Notes: a model not told the origin generated them from the sequence alone. DNA of 64,000 nucleotides from Bryobacterales bacterium (GCA_963668345.2 CAXWPI010000005.1:95561-159560), one strand, 5' to 3'. Numbered from the stretch's first letter, positions 50,762 through 60,914 are shown. Made by a program: numbers and translations.

Positions 50762-52849
50762 TTAGCTGACGACTCCTCCTTGGACGCGGTGAACAATGCC
50801 TTCGGAAACTTGCAGCGGCGCTTCCTCGTGACCGTGGAGGTGCATCGTGTGCGTTCCTCGCCCTTGCGTCCTCGAGCGCAGGTCCGTCGCGTAGCCGAAC
50901 ATTTCCGCCAGGGGCACCAGCGTGCGGATGATTTGCGATCCGCCTTGCAGCTCGAGTCCCTCGATGCGGCCCCGCCGGGAGTTGATGTCGGCGATCACGT
51001 CGCCCATGTACTCCTCCGGCACCACGACCTCCACCGACATGATCGGTTCCAGCAAGACGGGATCGGCCTTCTGTACGGCCTGCTTGAAAGCCATCGAGCC
51101 GGCGATTTTAAAGGCCGGCTCCGAGCTGTCCACCTCGTGAAAACTGCCGTCCGACAAAATCACCCGCACGCCGACGGTCTCGTAACCCGCCAGCACGCCG
51201 GAACTCATCGCCTCCCGCACACCCTGCTCCACGGGCTTGATATATTCCTTGGGGATGGCGCCGCGCACGATCTTGTTGACAAACTCGAACTCATCGCCCG
51301 CCAGCGGCTCGATCGTGATCTTACAGTGGCCATACTGCCCGCGGCCACCGCTCTGCCTCACGAAGCGCCCCTCGCCTGACGCGGAACGTTGGATCGTTTC
51401 CCGATAAGAAACCTGCGGCCGGCCGACGTTCGCCGAAACCGCGAATTCCCGGAATAAGCGATCGACCAGAATCTCCAGATGCAGCTCGCCCATTCCGGAC
51501 AAGATGGTCTGCCCGGTTTCCTCGTCCGTTACCACGCGGAAGGTGGGATCTTCTTGCGCCAGCTTGCCCAATGCCATGCCGATCTTCTGCTCGTCCGCCT
51601 TCGTCTTGGGCTCGATGGCCAGCGAAATCACCGGCGTCGGGAAATCAATTCTTTCCAGGATGATCGGGGCCTTCTCATCGCAAACGGTATCGCCTGTTTG
51701 CACGGTCTTCAGCCCGACGGCCGCGATGATGTCCCCGGCGCCGGTTTCCCCTACATCTTCGCGCTTGTCGGCGTGCATGCGCAGCAGGCGGCCGATACGC
51801 TCGTTGCGGCCCTTGGCGACGTTGTATACGCTTTGCCCGGTCTTGAGAACACCCGAATAAATGCGCAAGAATGCGAGCTGCCCCACATAGGGATCGGTCA
51901 TGATTTTGAAGACGAGGGCCGAAAACGGCTCCCGGCTATCCGCCTTGCGGGTAAGAGTCTCGACCCCATCCAGATCCGTGCCTTGGACCGCAGGCACGTC
52001 GAGGGGAGAAGGCAGGTAGTCCACCACCGCGTCCAGAAGCCGCTGCACGCCCTGGTAGCGAAAAGCCGAGCCGCAGAGCACCGGTGAAATCTTCATGGCG
52101 ATCGTGGCTCGACGGATGCCGGCCTTGAGATCCGCTTCGGTGATCGTCTCACCCTCCACGAATCGGCGGAAGAGTTCGTCGTCTTGTTCGGAGACTCGTT
52201 CAATCAGTTGGGCCCGCCGCTCGGCCACTAACTCGCGCATCTCTTCCGGAATCTCCCCTACGTCGTATGTCACCCCAAGCGTCTCCGCGCGCCAAAAGAT
52301 CGCCTTCAACTCAACCAGGTCGACGACGCCTCGCAGACTGTCTTCGCTTCCGATGGGAACCTGGATCGGCACCGCATTGGCTTTAAGGCGCTCGCGTATG
52401 CTCTCGACGGCGCGGTCGAAATCGGCGCCGACCCGATCCATCTTGTTGATAAAAGATATGCGCGGAACCCGGTACTTGTCGGCTTGCCGCCAGACGGTTT
52501 CCGATTGAGGCTGGACACCGGCTACGCCATCGAACAGAGCTATCGCACCGTCCAAGACTCGCAGGCTGCGTTCGACCTCGGCCGTGAAATCCACGTGCCC
52601 GGGCGTGTCGATGATGTTGATTTCCGAATCGCGCCAGAAGCAGGTCGTCGCCGCCGAGGTGATGGTAATCCCTCGCTCCTGCTCCAGCTCCATGTAATCC
52701 ATGATGGTGGTGCCTTCGTGCACCTCGCCCATGCGGTGCGTCCGCCCCGTGTAGAAAAGGATCCGCTCGGTCGTGGTCGTCTTGCCGGCGTCGATGTGCG
52801 CAGCAATGCCGATGTTGCGAACCCTGTCGAGTTGGATGCCGGCAGGCAT
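50762..52849 (-). CDS. fusA: Elongation factor G
   Basis: 695 aa, [28 protein letters not shown]. Confidence 0.98.
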   Translation of the reverse strand: MPAGIQLDRVRNIGIAAHIDAGKTTTTERILFYTGRTHRMGEVHEGTTIMDYMELEQERGITITSAATTCFWRDSEINIIDTPGHVDFTAEVERSLRVLDGAIALFDGVAGVQPQSETVWRQADKYRVPRISFINKMDRVGADFDRAVESIRERLKANAVPIQVPIGSEDSLRGVVDLVELKAIFWRAETLGVTYDVGEIPEEMRELVAERRAQLIERVSEQDDELFRRFVEGETITEADLKAGIRRATIAMKISPVLCGSAFRYQGVQRLLDAVVDYLPSPLDVPAVQGTDLDGVETLTRKADSREPFSALVFKIMTDPYVGQLAFLRIYSGVLKTGQSVYNVAKGRNERIGRLLRMHADKREDVGETGAGDIIAAVGLKTVQTGDTVCDEKAPIILERIDFPTPVISLAIEPKTKADEQKIGMALGKLAQEDPTFRVVTDEETGQTILSGMGELHLEILVDRLFREFAVSANVGRPQVSYRETIQRSASGEGRFVRQSGGRGQYGHCKITIEPLAGDEFEFVNKIVRGAIPKEYIKPVEQGVREAMSSGVLAGYETVGVRVILSDGSFHEVDSSEPAFKIAGSMAFKQAVQKADPVLLEPIMSVEVVVPEEYMGDVIADINSRRGRIEGLELQGGSQIIRTLVPLAEMFGYATDLRSRTQGRGTHTMHLHGHEEAPLQVSEGIVHRVQGGVVS

Positions 52850-52889
52850 GACGTTTTCCTGAGTGAGTCGAGCCTCTTGGACAAGCCCA

Positions 52890-53360
52890 TCACCATCGGT
52901 AGTGAGCGAAAGCCTTGTTGGCCTCCGCCATGCGATGAACGTCCTCCCTTTTCTTGATGGCCGATCCCCGAGAGGCAGCCGCCTCCAGAATCTCGGCGCA
53001 AAGTCTTTCCGCCATCCTTTTCTCGCTGCGTGCTCGGGCGTAGGAGATCAGCCAGCGAATGGCCAAGCTGGCGCGCCGATTATGCTGGACTTCGATCGGC
53101 ACCTGATAGTTCGCTCCGCCGACACGGCGCGACTTGACCTCCACGACGGGCTTGCAATTCTCGACGGCCTTCTTGAAGAGCTTGAGAGGGTCCTCGTTGC
53201 CTTGTTCGCGAATCATGTCCATGGACGTATAGAAAATCCGCTCAGAGACTGATTTCTTGCCCTCCCACATCAGGCAGTTGATGAACTTGGCCACCAGCGT
53301 AGAGTTATAGACCGCGTCCGGCGGCGGCTTGCGAGGTTCGATTTCTCGTCGTCGCGGCAT
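52890..53360 (-). CDS. rpsG: 30S ribosomal protein S7
   Basis: [20 protein letters not shown]..., 156 aa. Confidence 0.97.
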   Translation of the reverse strand: MPRRREIEPRKPPPDAVYNSTLVAKFINCLMWEGKKSVSERIFYTSMDMIREQGNEDPLKLFKKAVENCKPVVEVKSRRVGGANYQVPIEVQHNRRASLAIRWLISYARARSEKRMAERLCAEILEAAASRGSAIKKREDVHRMAEANKAFAHYRW

Positions 53361-53381
53361 GTTTATACCTGGCTCTCGCAG

Positions 53382-53756
53382 TTACTGCTTCGGGCGCTTA
53401 GCTCCGTACTTGCTGCGCGACTGCCGGCGATCGTTTACCCCGGCTGCGTCTAGAGTCCCTCGGATGACGTGGTAGCGAACGCCCGGGAGATCCTTGACAC
53501 GGCCCCCTCGAATCAGCACGATCGAGTGCTCCTGCAGGTTGTGACCGACGCCCGGAATGTAGGTCGTGACTTCAATCTTGTTCGTCAGCCTCACGCGAGC
53601 CACTTTTCGCAGCGCCGAATTCGGTTTCTTCGGCGTGACGGTGTAGACGCGCGTGCACACCCCGCGCTTCTGCGGACACTTCTGTAGCGCCGGGCTGGCG
53701 GTCGGATAGCGGGGACGTTTCCTCCCGTGGCGCACTAATTGATTAAATGTCGGCAC
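53382..53756 (-). CDS. rpsL: 30S ribosomal protein S12
   Basis: [15 protein letters not shown]...[16 protein letters not shown], 124 aa. Confidence 0.97.
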   Translation of the reverse strand: MPTFNQLVRHGRKRPRYPTASPALQKCPQKRGVCTRVYTVTPKKPNSALRKVARVRLTNKIEVTTYIPGVGHNLQEHSIVLIRGGRVKDLPGVRYHVIRGTLDAAGVNDRRQSRSKYGAKRPKQ

Positions 53757-54085
53757 CGTTCACCTTCTTGGACATCAAACACTTGCCTGCCTCAGCGCTT
53801 GACCAACCGAACGCTTTGGCACAGAAAGCGCAGCTTCAGTACGCGATTCTCTTCCCGGTTGAGCTCTCTCGCCCTAGACGATCCGAAGAGCCCGGATCTT
53901 ATCGGCGACATCCCAAGCTAGAAGCTACGATTCGCTTGGGGAATCTAACCCTCAACAAGCGAAACCCACTACGGACGGCCCAGGCTCAGTAACTACCTTT
54001 TCCCCAGGTCGGCTGTCACCGAACCCGATTTGTTGGAGTCGGAAAAATGGGCAGCCATATTAGAACGCGCGCTAGCCCTGTACCA

Positions 54086-54115
54086 ACTATATCCAATCAG
54101 CCAAAACCATGTCAA
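54086..54115 (-). promoter_or_regulatory. Candidate sigma70-type promoter for the rpsL superoperon
   Basis: On the minus strand, TTGACA (54115..54110), an 18-nt spacer, then TATAGT (54091..54086). A T-rich tract (TTTATTTTT) lies just upstream. The position implies a leader of about 325 nt. Confidence 0.4.
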
Positions 54116-54162
54116 CCGCAAACCAGCCCTATCTGTCCAAAAATAAAGACCTTTACGTCCGC

Positions 54163-54822
54163 CTATTCCTCCGCGCGACCGTGGACGACGAAACCGATCA
54201 GCTCGCCGCCGGCTTCGAGGTCGAGCACCCAATGCTCGTACTCGTTTTCCCATAGGTGGGGCGCTTCTTCTCCCTCGGGAATCTCGACTCGAAGAATCGT
54301 GGGATGCGGGTTGCCGACCCGAAGGGTCATGGCCACCAGCTCGTCGAAGCCGAGGTTTTTCGAGGGTTCCGGGTCCTCGGCGATCGGAGTGAGTAAGGCA
54401 AAGTCTCGACTCGCCGCCACCCCCATATGGTTCCCGTCTTCGGGATGGAGTCCGTAGCGCATCGTGTAAAGGCCCGAGGGGACGGTTTGCCGGCGAAAGT
54501 CGGACCCCTTTTCCGGAAATCGCGCTACGCCGAGGAAGGCTCCCTCAGGGATCGTATCGAAACGCACGCCGAACTCCACAACTGGCTCGCCGCTAAAAGG
54601 CGTCGAACGGCCCCAGAATTCGGCCACCGGCTTGCCGTCAGGCCCGTTGACACGGACACCTTCGGACTGGATCGTGGAACGAATCGCCTCGCTGACCTGG
54701 TCCCCCGGCAGCGGATCGGCGGACCCTATCTGAAACTCCCCCGCGGCCGCCGGCAGCCATAGGCCGAGCAGAAACACAAGGGTTGCCGCACGAGGCAGTG
54801 AGGCTCTCATCGGGAACACCAT
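54163..54822 (-). CDS. Secreted hypothetical protein
   Basis: The track ORF runs to 54897. The start is more likely at 54822 or 54810, just before the signal peptide RASLPRAATLVFLLGLWLPAAAG. I recognise no family. Confidence 0.6.
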   Translation of the reverse strand: MVFPMRASLPRAATLVFLLGLWLPAAAGEFQIGSADPLPGDQVSEAIRSTIQSEGVRVNGPDGKPVAEFWGRSTPFSGEPVVEFGVRFDTIPEGAFLGVARFPEKGSDFRRQTVPSGLYTMRYGLHPEDGNHMGVAASRDFALLTPIAEDPEPSKNLGFDELVAMTLRVGNPHPTILRVEIPEGEEAPHLWENEYEHWVLDLEAGGELIGFVVHGRAEE

Positions 54823-54962
54823 GCCCAAGCTGACGAAATACGCCGACTTGCCGTTTCGCTTTTTCTTCAACCTGTCCACGCCGCGCGGTTCGCTCATGGT
54901 CGATGAAGTGGCTTCCGAAAAGAACAGGGGCTACGAATAGCAGCCCCTGCTGATCTTATATG

Positions 54963-55054
54963 GAAAAAATGGGGACTGTACCAAGCGCCATCCACAGCGC
55001 GTCTGATTGCAAACAATTTACTCGGGCGCGAAGTGGACTGTCCCCGATTTTTTT
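54963..55054. repeat. Type E repeat (GAAAAAATGGGGACTGTACC ... GGACTGTCCCCGATTTTTTT)
   Basis: Inverted GGGGACTGT / A-T tract termini. It fills the gap between two secreted-protein genes. Confidence 0.7.
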
Positions 55055-55075
55055 CAGGAACCGCGGTTGTCAGCT

Positions 55076-55765
55076 TCAGTCCGTGTACTCGCCGTCGCTC
55101 AACGAGAACGTACCCAGGTACGCGCTGCTTCGCCGCGGCGCGCTGAAAACCACACCGAGTCCCTCACCGCTGAAACGATTCTCCAGGGCGAACGCCGGCA
55201 TGGCATGAGAAAGCCTGGCCAGCGGCGTGTAGTAGAGGTCGTCCAAGTGGCACAGGGAGTCGGACTCGGCAATGGCGCGCGTCTCAACGTGCACCAGCTT
55301 GCCGGCGGTCAGCGTCGCCCGCTTGGCGTGAATATCGCCGTGGACGTCAAGGGTGATCGGCGCTGTGTCGGTGCGGACTACGTCGTCCAGCAAATCCCTA
55401 CTCATGGTCTTCGCGAAGGACGCGAGGGCCTCGCGCTGGCCGGCGGAAGCTCGCTCGTCGAAGATCAGCACCGCCTTCGTGGGATACGGATTGCCAAACG
55501 GATCACCCAGCGTCGAGCGGGCCTTTACAATGGCCACCACGCCTAAGCCGTCAAGTGCAACATTGTTCCAACTGCCTTCGTTCACCTGCCAGCCCATGAC
55601 CGCCAAATCTCCGCGCAAACCCATTTCCGAGTTGGCGAAGCAATGCGAAGCGTAAATCTCCGCATTCCGGGCTTCGACGTAAGTGCCGCTGATTTCCGCC
55701 GCGCCGGCTACCGCGGCCACGGCCACCAGCAAGGCCACCAAACACGCAAATCGAAAGCGTTTCAT
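55076..55765 (-). CDS. Secreted DUF1326-like protein
   Basis: 229 aa with a signal peptide (MKRFRFACLVALLVAVAAVAGA). The blocks GTYVEAR..HCFANSEMG, VALDGLGVVAIV and LIFDERASAGQREAL resemble my recollection of DUF1326 proteins. The family call is unverified. Confidence 0.55.
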   Translation of the reverse strand: MKRFRFACLVALLVAVAAVAGAAEISGTYVEARNAEIYASHCFANSEMGLRGDLAVMGWQVNEGSWNNVALDGLGVVAIVKARSTLGDPFGNPYPTKAVLIFDERASAGQREALASFAKTMSRDLLDDVVRTDTAPITLDVHGDIHAKRATLTAGKLVHVETRAIAESDSLCHLDDLYYTPLARLSHAMPAFALENRFSGEGLGVVFSAPRRSSAYLGTFSLSDGEYTD

Positions 55766-55927
55766 ATTTTCCCTCCGTCTGTGGGTCGCTTCTGAATGTA
55801 GGGTCTTCTCATTCTACTACGGGCAGAATCCCTACGAACCGAAGAATCGGTTCGCGATACTCCCGACGACGTGAGCCACATCGACTCCTACACCGGCCTA
55901 GCAGCCCGTGGCAAGAGTAAACGTCAC

Positions 55928-56022
55928 CAAAAATCGGGCACAGCCAGCCAATTCGCTTCAGGGTAAGTGCCTTTCCCCCAGGGCTATGACGGGGGCGAAT
56001 TGGTGGCAGTCCCCATTTTTCT
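55928..56022. repeat. Type E/C-core repeat (AAAAATCGGGCACAGCC..CCAATTCGC ... GCGAATTGGTGGCAGTCCCCATTTTT)
   Basis: Inverted termini. The inner CAATTCGC/GCGAATTG arms match the core of the type C units. Confidence 0.65.
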
Positions 56023-56059
56023 CTCCCGCACGACTTTCGCCACGGGCTGCTGCGCCTGA

Positions 56060-56281
56060 CTACAGCGCTTCGTAGCAGGACCTCGACGCGGAGCACGTAT
56101 CTTCGTCGACGACTTCACCGTCAGGGCCGAGCGGTCCCTGCGAGTAGACACACCAGTAAATGCGCGTATTCGAATGGGGCACGCTCGGGTCGTCGTCGGC
56201 TTCGACGAACATCCCCTTCCATCGCAGGGATGAGCATCGGTTGCTGAGCACTTTTAAACCAGCACCTCTATCTCTCATCAC
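56060..56281 (-). CDS. Small Cys-rich hypothetical protein (73 aa)
   Basis: The pattern is CSSLRWKGMFV...YWCVYSQGPLGPDGEVVDEDTCSASRSCYEAL, with four Cys. It resembles a small conserved family of unknown function that I recall from Acidobacteria and Planctomycetes, but this is unverified. Confidence 0.45.
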   Translation of the reverse strand: MMRDRGAGLKVLSNRCSSLRWKGMFVEADDDPSVPHSNTRIYWCVYSQGPLGPDGEVVDEDTCSASRSCYEAL

Positions 56282-56326
56282 TAGTAAGCTGTCCTAGACA
56301 AGACTTTCTGATTGTTCTACCGATGA

Positions 56327-56452
56327 GGCGCACGCCTCCCGGCGGGCCGTGTCGCCATTCCCGGCGACATGTCCGTTGATGTGCCGGCCCTTCTGCCGGA
56401 CAGCGGGATGCCGGCAAGAATGCCGGCACGGCACGCTGTAAGCGTGCGCCAC
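56327..56452. repeat. Type D hairpin cluster (copy 2)
   Basis: Consecutive GC hairpins: GTGTCGCCATTCCCGGCGACAT, GCCGGCAAGAATGCCGGC and GCACGCTGTAAGCGTGC. The first matches 30580..30605 in reverse complement. Confidence 0.7.
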
Positions 56453-56510
56453 GTCGCTTTCCAGCCCGACATTTTCGAATCTCTAATGAACTCGTCTCCA
56501 GGAGAGTACA

Positions 56511-57494
56511 CTAGACCGACTTTCCGACCGCTCGAAGGACAGCCCTCTTGACCGCCACCCGAGCAAGTTGGACTTTGTGTTTGTTTTGGCTCAGCGGTGC
56601 GGCGCCGGCGACCGCCGCCTCCCCGGCTTTCATCGCCGTGTCTTCGTTAATCGCCTTGCCGGCCAATGCCTGCTCCGCTTCGGCCGAGCGCCACGGGGTC
56701 GGAGCGACATGGCCGAGCACGACCCGCGCGCTTTCAACCTTGCCGCCACTCATCTTTAATGAGACGGCCGCGGCGGCCAAGGGCCAATCCAAGAGTTGGC
56801 GCTCCCGCACTTCGTAGGTAGCATTGGATCCGGAAACAGACGGGATCTTGATCTCGGTCAAGATCTCGTTGGGCTTGATCGCCAGCTCCCGGTCACTGTC
56901 GTTCGTCGGAGCGCGATAAAGACTTTCTACCGCCAACTCGCGCTCACCGTCCGGTGAGGCCAGCGTCGCGGTAGCTCCCAGCGCAACCAGCGCCGGCGCC
57001 AAGCTCGAAGCGTTCACGAAATAGGCAGGCCCTTTGTTGCCCAGAATGGCATGGTAACGGTTCTCGCCGTCCGGAACTAGGGAGTTGCCTTTGGGGTCTT
57101 TAGCCAGCAGTCCCAGGCCGTTGCGGAAGTACCAGCAGCGCGGTCTCTGCAGAAGATCGCCCCCAACCGTACCCATGGCACGGATTTGCGGACTTGAGAC
57201 ACCCTCGGCGGCGTGGGCCAGGGCCGAGTAATTGTTTCGAACCTCGGTGCTCGCCAGTAGATCGTCCAGGGTGGCTGTGGCTCCGATGCGGAGTCCGTCG
57301 GCCGACGACTCAATACCTCCAAGGCCGTCAATACTGCTAAGGCTCACCACCCGTTTTGGGGTGTGGATGCGCTCCTTCATCAGGCTGAGCAGATCCGTAC
57401 CCCCCGCGAGGATGTCGGTTTCTCCCCACTTGGAGGACAACAGGCCAAGCGCCTGCTTGAGATTTTCCGGGGCTGCATGTTCAAACGCTTGCAT
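56511..57494 (-). CDS. Molybdo-flavoprotein oxidoreductase, FAD-binding subunit (CoxM/PaoB-like)
   Basis: 327 aa with ILAGGTDLLSLMKERI and a CO-dehydrogenase flavoprotein C-terminal domain. 1-nt overlap with the upstream large subunit. Confidence 0.85.
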   Translation of the reverse strand: MQAFEHAAPENLKQALGLLSSKWGETDILAGGTDLLSLMKERIHTPKRVVSLSSIDGLGGIESSADGLRIGATATLDDLLASTEVRNNYSALAHAAEGVSSPQIRAMGTVGGDLLQRPRCWYFRNGLGLLAKDPKGNSLVPDGENRYHAILGNKGPAYFVNASSLAPALVALGATATLASPDGERELAVESLYRAPTNDSDRELAIKPNEILTEIKIPSVSGSNATYEVRERQLLDWPLAAAAVSLKMSGGKVESARVVLGHVAPTPWRSAEAEQALAGKAINEDTAMKAGEAAVAGAAPLSQNKHKVQLARVAVKRAVLRAVGKSV

Positions 57495-59701
57495 TACGCC
57501 ATCCCTCCCTTCTTCTCGAGTGCTGCCAGCACCTTGTCGGGGGTCAACGGCAGTGTTGGTACCCGAACCCCGATCGCGTTGGCCACGGCATTGGATATCG
57601 CCGCCCCCGGAGAAATCACCGGCGGCTCGCCTAAACCGATCACACCGCGGTCGTCGTAGACGCCCGTCATCATGTGAACCACCAGTTCTCCGATGTCACC
57701 GATGCCGGCCAATTTGTAAAACTCCATGTCAGCGTTGAGATATATCCCCGTAGCCTGATCGAAGATCCGCTCTTCCCACAGGGCGTAGCAGATCCCCTGA
57801 ATCAAGGCGCCATAGACTTGGCTGTCCGCCGTCTTGAGGTCGATGATCAGACCGCAGTCCTGCACCGCGACCATCTTGTTCATGCTGACGATCCCCGTTT
57901 CGGTGTCGACCGAAACGTCAGCCATCTGGACGCCGCCCACACCGCTGTCGGCCAGCTTGCCGCCGTCCCGCATGGGCTGTTTGCCGGTTTCGGAAATCGA
58001 ATTGGCCCCCAGCTTGCGGCAGGCGTCCTTCCAACTGAGCTTGCCGGAACCGCCTTTCACAGCGAGATGGCCGCCGCCGGCTTCGATCTGATCCGCGGTC
58101 GTACCTAGTGAAGGCGCCACCGCCTCTTTCAGCTGTTCCAGAGCGTGAACGGACGCCCGTCGAGTCGACGACGAAACGCCGCCTACCGTCGTGCTCCCTC
58201 CAGAGGGGCCCGACGGAGGATAGTTGCTGTCACCGATTTTGACGTTTACAGCCGAAAGTGGTAGGCCCATCGTCTCGGCCGCGACGATCCCGATAACCGT
58301 CTGGGTCCCTGAGCCTAAATCTTGGCTTCCCAACTCGGCCACGACCTCGCCGTCAGGATGAATGGTCACTCGACATTGGCTGTCGTGCGGCCGCCCACCC
58401 CAGGTGTGCATCGAAATCCCAACGCCTCGTTTGACGTGCCCCGAGCCTCCTTCGCCCGGGGGATGCCACTTGGCGGGCCAGTCCATCAGCTGGGCAGCTT
58501 TATCAAGCTCCGCTCGATAAACTTCCGGCCGCTGCGTCAGCCCAACATTCTTCTTAAATAGCTTGAGCGGATCCATCCCCAGCTTGGCTGCCAGGTCTTC
58601 GTAGGCGCACATCGTCAGAACAGCCGCCTGCGGGTGGTTTGGAGCCCGCCAAGCGCGCGCCGGACCGGTGTTCGTCGACACGTTCAGGTGGCGGATCCGA
58701 GTGTTCGGCGGTTCGATGACGTAGGGCAGCGGCGGCGCCCCGCGGCTCGTCACCCCGCCGGTCGACCAGCTCTCCGATTCGTACGCCGTGAGCGAGCCGT
58801 CTTTGGCGGCAGCCACCTTGATCTTTCCGTAATCGGACGGCCTACCGCCGGCGATCATCAACTCTTGGTCACGGTCAAGCATCAGCTTCACGGGCTTGCC
58901 TGTCTTCTTCGATAACTTGGCACAAGCAATTCCCCAAGTATCGATCGCGAATTTGCTCCCGAAACCTCCACCCATGACAGGTGTGATAACGCGGACGTCG
59001 GACGGTTTGACAACGCCCATGGCCTCGTCTGCGGATAGGTTCTTGGCCAGGTCCGCACCGATCCGGCCTACGGCCTGCGTAGAGGCGTAAACGACGATCT
59101 CGTCGCCCGTCCAATCAACTACCTGTCCATGCGGCTCGTGGCAGCAATGGGTGATCGTTGCCAACCCGTAATAGCCTTCGTGCACCGCACCGGCTTGCCC
59201 AAAGGCCGCGTCCGGATCGCCTGTTGTCTTGTCCGCCGCCGGCTTCACTCGGTCGCCTGCCTTGTCTACCTCTTCTTCTTTCACCAGATGCGGCAGGACC
59301 TCGTATTCCACCTTCACAGCGGCCACTGCGTCGCGGGCGATCTCTTCGGTATCGGCGGCAAGGGCAACGATTTCCGTGCCGATCCACTGAATCTCGGCGC
59401 CCACGTCGTTAAAAATCTCGACCGCCCGCACTCCCGAGATCCCCTCAGCCGCGCGGGTATCGATCTTCGTGATCCTCGCGTGCGCGTGCGGGGAGCTGAC
59501 GATCTTGGCGACGAGCATCCCGTCGAGATTACGGTCGTAGGAATACTTTGCCTGCCCGGTGACTTTGTCGGGGCCATCCGTACGGCTTATTCTTTTTCCA
59601 ATCAAGCTGCGGTCGGCCGCGGCCGGCCAATCGTATTTAGTCGCCACGTCGCCCTCCTTGCAGTTCGCGGGCGGCATCCAAGACCGCCTGCCTGACGCCA
59701 A
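57494..59701 (-). CDS. Molybdopterin-binding large subunit (xanthine dehydrogenase/aldehyde oxidase family, PaoC-like)
   Basis: About 720-735 aa with an a/b-hammerhead N-terminus (GKRISRTDGPDKVTGQAKYSYD) and Moco-binding domains. The true start is uncertain: ATG at 59677 or GTG at 59647 are both possible. Confidence 0.88.
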   Translation of the reverse strand: MASGRRSWMPPANCKEGDVATKYDWPAAADRSLIGKRISRTDGPDKVTGQAKYSYDRNLDGMLVAKIVSSPHAHARITKIDTRAAEGISGVRAVEIFNDVGAEIQWIGTEIVALAADTEEIARDAVAAVKVEYEVLPHLVKEEEVDKAGDRVKPAADKTTGDPDAAFGQAGAVHEGYYGLATITHCCHEPHGQVVDWTGDEIVVYASTQAVGRIGADLAKNLSADEAMGVVKPSDVRVITPVMGGGFGSKFAIDTWGIACAKLSKKTGKPVKLMLDRDQELMIAGGRPSDYGKIKVAAAKDGSLTAYESESWSTGGVTSRGAPPLPYVIEPPNTRIRHLNVSTNTGPARAWRAPNHPQAAVLTMCAYEDLAAKLGMDPLKLFKKNVGLTQRPEVYRAELDKAAQLMDWPAKWHPPGEGGSGHVKRGVGISMHTWGGRPHDSQCRVTIHPDGEVVAELGSQDLGSGTQTVIGIVAAETMGLPLSAVNVKIGDSNYPPSGPSGGSTTVGGVSSSTRRASVHALEQLKEAVAPSLGTTADQIEAGGGHLAVKGGSGKLSWKDACRKLGANSISETGKQPMRDGGKLADSGVGGVQMADVSVDTETGIVSMNKMVAVQDCGLIIDLKTADSQVYGALIQGICYALWEERIFDQATGIYLNADMEFYKLAGIGDIGELVVHMMTGVYDDRGVIGLGEPPVISPGAAISNAVANAIGVRVPTLPLTPDKVLAALEKKGGMA

Positions 59702-60317
59702 CGTAGGTGCCGCAACGGCAAATATTTCCGCTTAAGCCCCGTTCGACATCGGCCATCGTTGGGTTAGGGTTGTGGTCGAGAAACGCCTTGCAGGCGACGA
59801 CGAAACCCGGGGTGCAAAAGCCGCATTGCTGGGCGTCGTTTTCGACGAAGTGCGCCTGCACGGCGTGAAGGTTGTCGCCCGACGCCAGCCCTTCCACCGT
59901 TTGTATATCGCGCCCTTGCCCCTCGATGGCAAGGATGCTGCAAGCATAGACGGCTTTGCCGTCCAACATGACAGTGCAACTCCCGCAGGTCGCGCGGTCG
60001 CAGACTTTCTTCGCACCCGTGTAGTCGAGCCGGTCGCGCAACGCGTCCAGCAACGTGACACGAGGCTCCAAGTCGACCTTGTGCGCTTTGCCGTTGACGG
60101 TCAACGTGATCGGAACAGCACCCGGACCGTGAACCTTGGCTTCATGGTGATCCGCCTTCGCCTCAGTGGTCAGAACGCCCGCTCCGACAGCGGTCGTCCC
60201 GACACCTACGCCTTGCAAAAACGTTCGGCGGGAAAAATCGTTTTTGGGCTGCTGAGTTTTTTCTGGACCTTCCTTGGTCTTATTCGAACTCACCAGATAC
60301 CCCCTTTCCCAGAGCAA
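59637..60317 (-). CDS. [2Fe-2S]-binding small subunit with Tat signal (PaoA-like)
   Basis: The twin-arginine motif FSRRTFLQGVGVG precedes the plant-type cluster (CDRATCGSCTV) and the second cluster (QCGFCTPG...CRCGTY). Confidence 0.88.
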   Translation of the reverse strand: MLWERGYLVSSNKTKEGPEKTQQPKNDFSRRTFLQGVGVGTTAVGAGVLTTEAKADHHEAKVHGPGAVPITLTVNGKAHKVDLEPRVTLLDALRDRLDYTGAKKVCDRATCGSCTVMLDGKAVYACSILAIEGQGRDIQTVEGLASGDNLHAVQAHFVENDAQQCGFCTPGFVVACKAFLDHNPNPTMADVERGLSGNICRCGTYVGVRQAVLDAARELQGGRRGD

Positions 60318-60667
60318 TTCCGTAACTATCTCGCACCATGTCTTACGGGCGAGACGGTAACACTATAGCAGATCGAAAAGGCGTCAAATCAACCGAAATT
60401 AAGCGGTCCCAGCGCCGCCCCATAGACCCTGTAGATTGAGGTCTGCCGGGCTAGATCGCGTTTCGAGTGAAGAGGCCAAAAAGTACCGAAAAGCACTGCC
60501 GGATTCTGGCGAACTCCCCCCCTTCTGGCCACACGACTAATGCTGGTCCGAAGATTGACCGATTCTCTCGCCCTACGTGAACCCGAACCGTTGGCAAGAA
60601 TACGCGCCGAGCGGCCTGTAATCCCGTAGCGGAGCCGCGGATGGAAATCCGCGGTCCATGACTCTGG

Positions 60668-60735
60668 GCCGCCTCTCACCAGGTGGCGAGACGAAGTGCG
60701 TGAGAGGCCCGTCAGTACAAGGCGTGTGCCGCTCG
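60668..60735 (+). repeat. Type B repeat, left part of an interrupted copy
   Basis: CTCTCACCAGGTGGCGAGACGAAGTGCGTGAGAGGCCCGTCAGTACAAGGCGTGTGCCGCTCG matches the left third of 22047..22240. Confidence 0.75.
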
Positions 60736-60743
60736 TTTGGTTT

Positions 60744-60788
60744 GTGGCGCAAGCTCTCAGCTTGCCGCGTCGAGACTCTTCTCGACGC
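60744..60788. repeat. Type D motif (copy 3) inside the interrupted type B copy
   Basis: GTGGCGCAAGCTCTCAGCTTGCCGCGTCGAGACTCTTCTCGACGC is the reverse complement of 30535..30575. Confidence 0.7.
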
Positions 60789-60914
60789 TTGTGTTTCAGT
60801 CTGGGAGAAAGCTCATTCGGGGCGAGCGGAGGCGTACTTTTGCGGGTGTCGCCTGGCCCTCTCGTATGTTGGTGCTACCGAAATAGGGAGCAACCTCCGT
60901 TCAGCGTCCGACCG

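Noticed and set aside
56327-56452. Possible CRISPR array, given the repeated GC hairpins here and at 30527..30637
   Set aside because: The hairpins differ from each other, spacing is irregular, there are no unique spacers of constant length, and there are no cas genes in the window.
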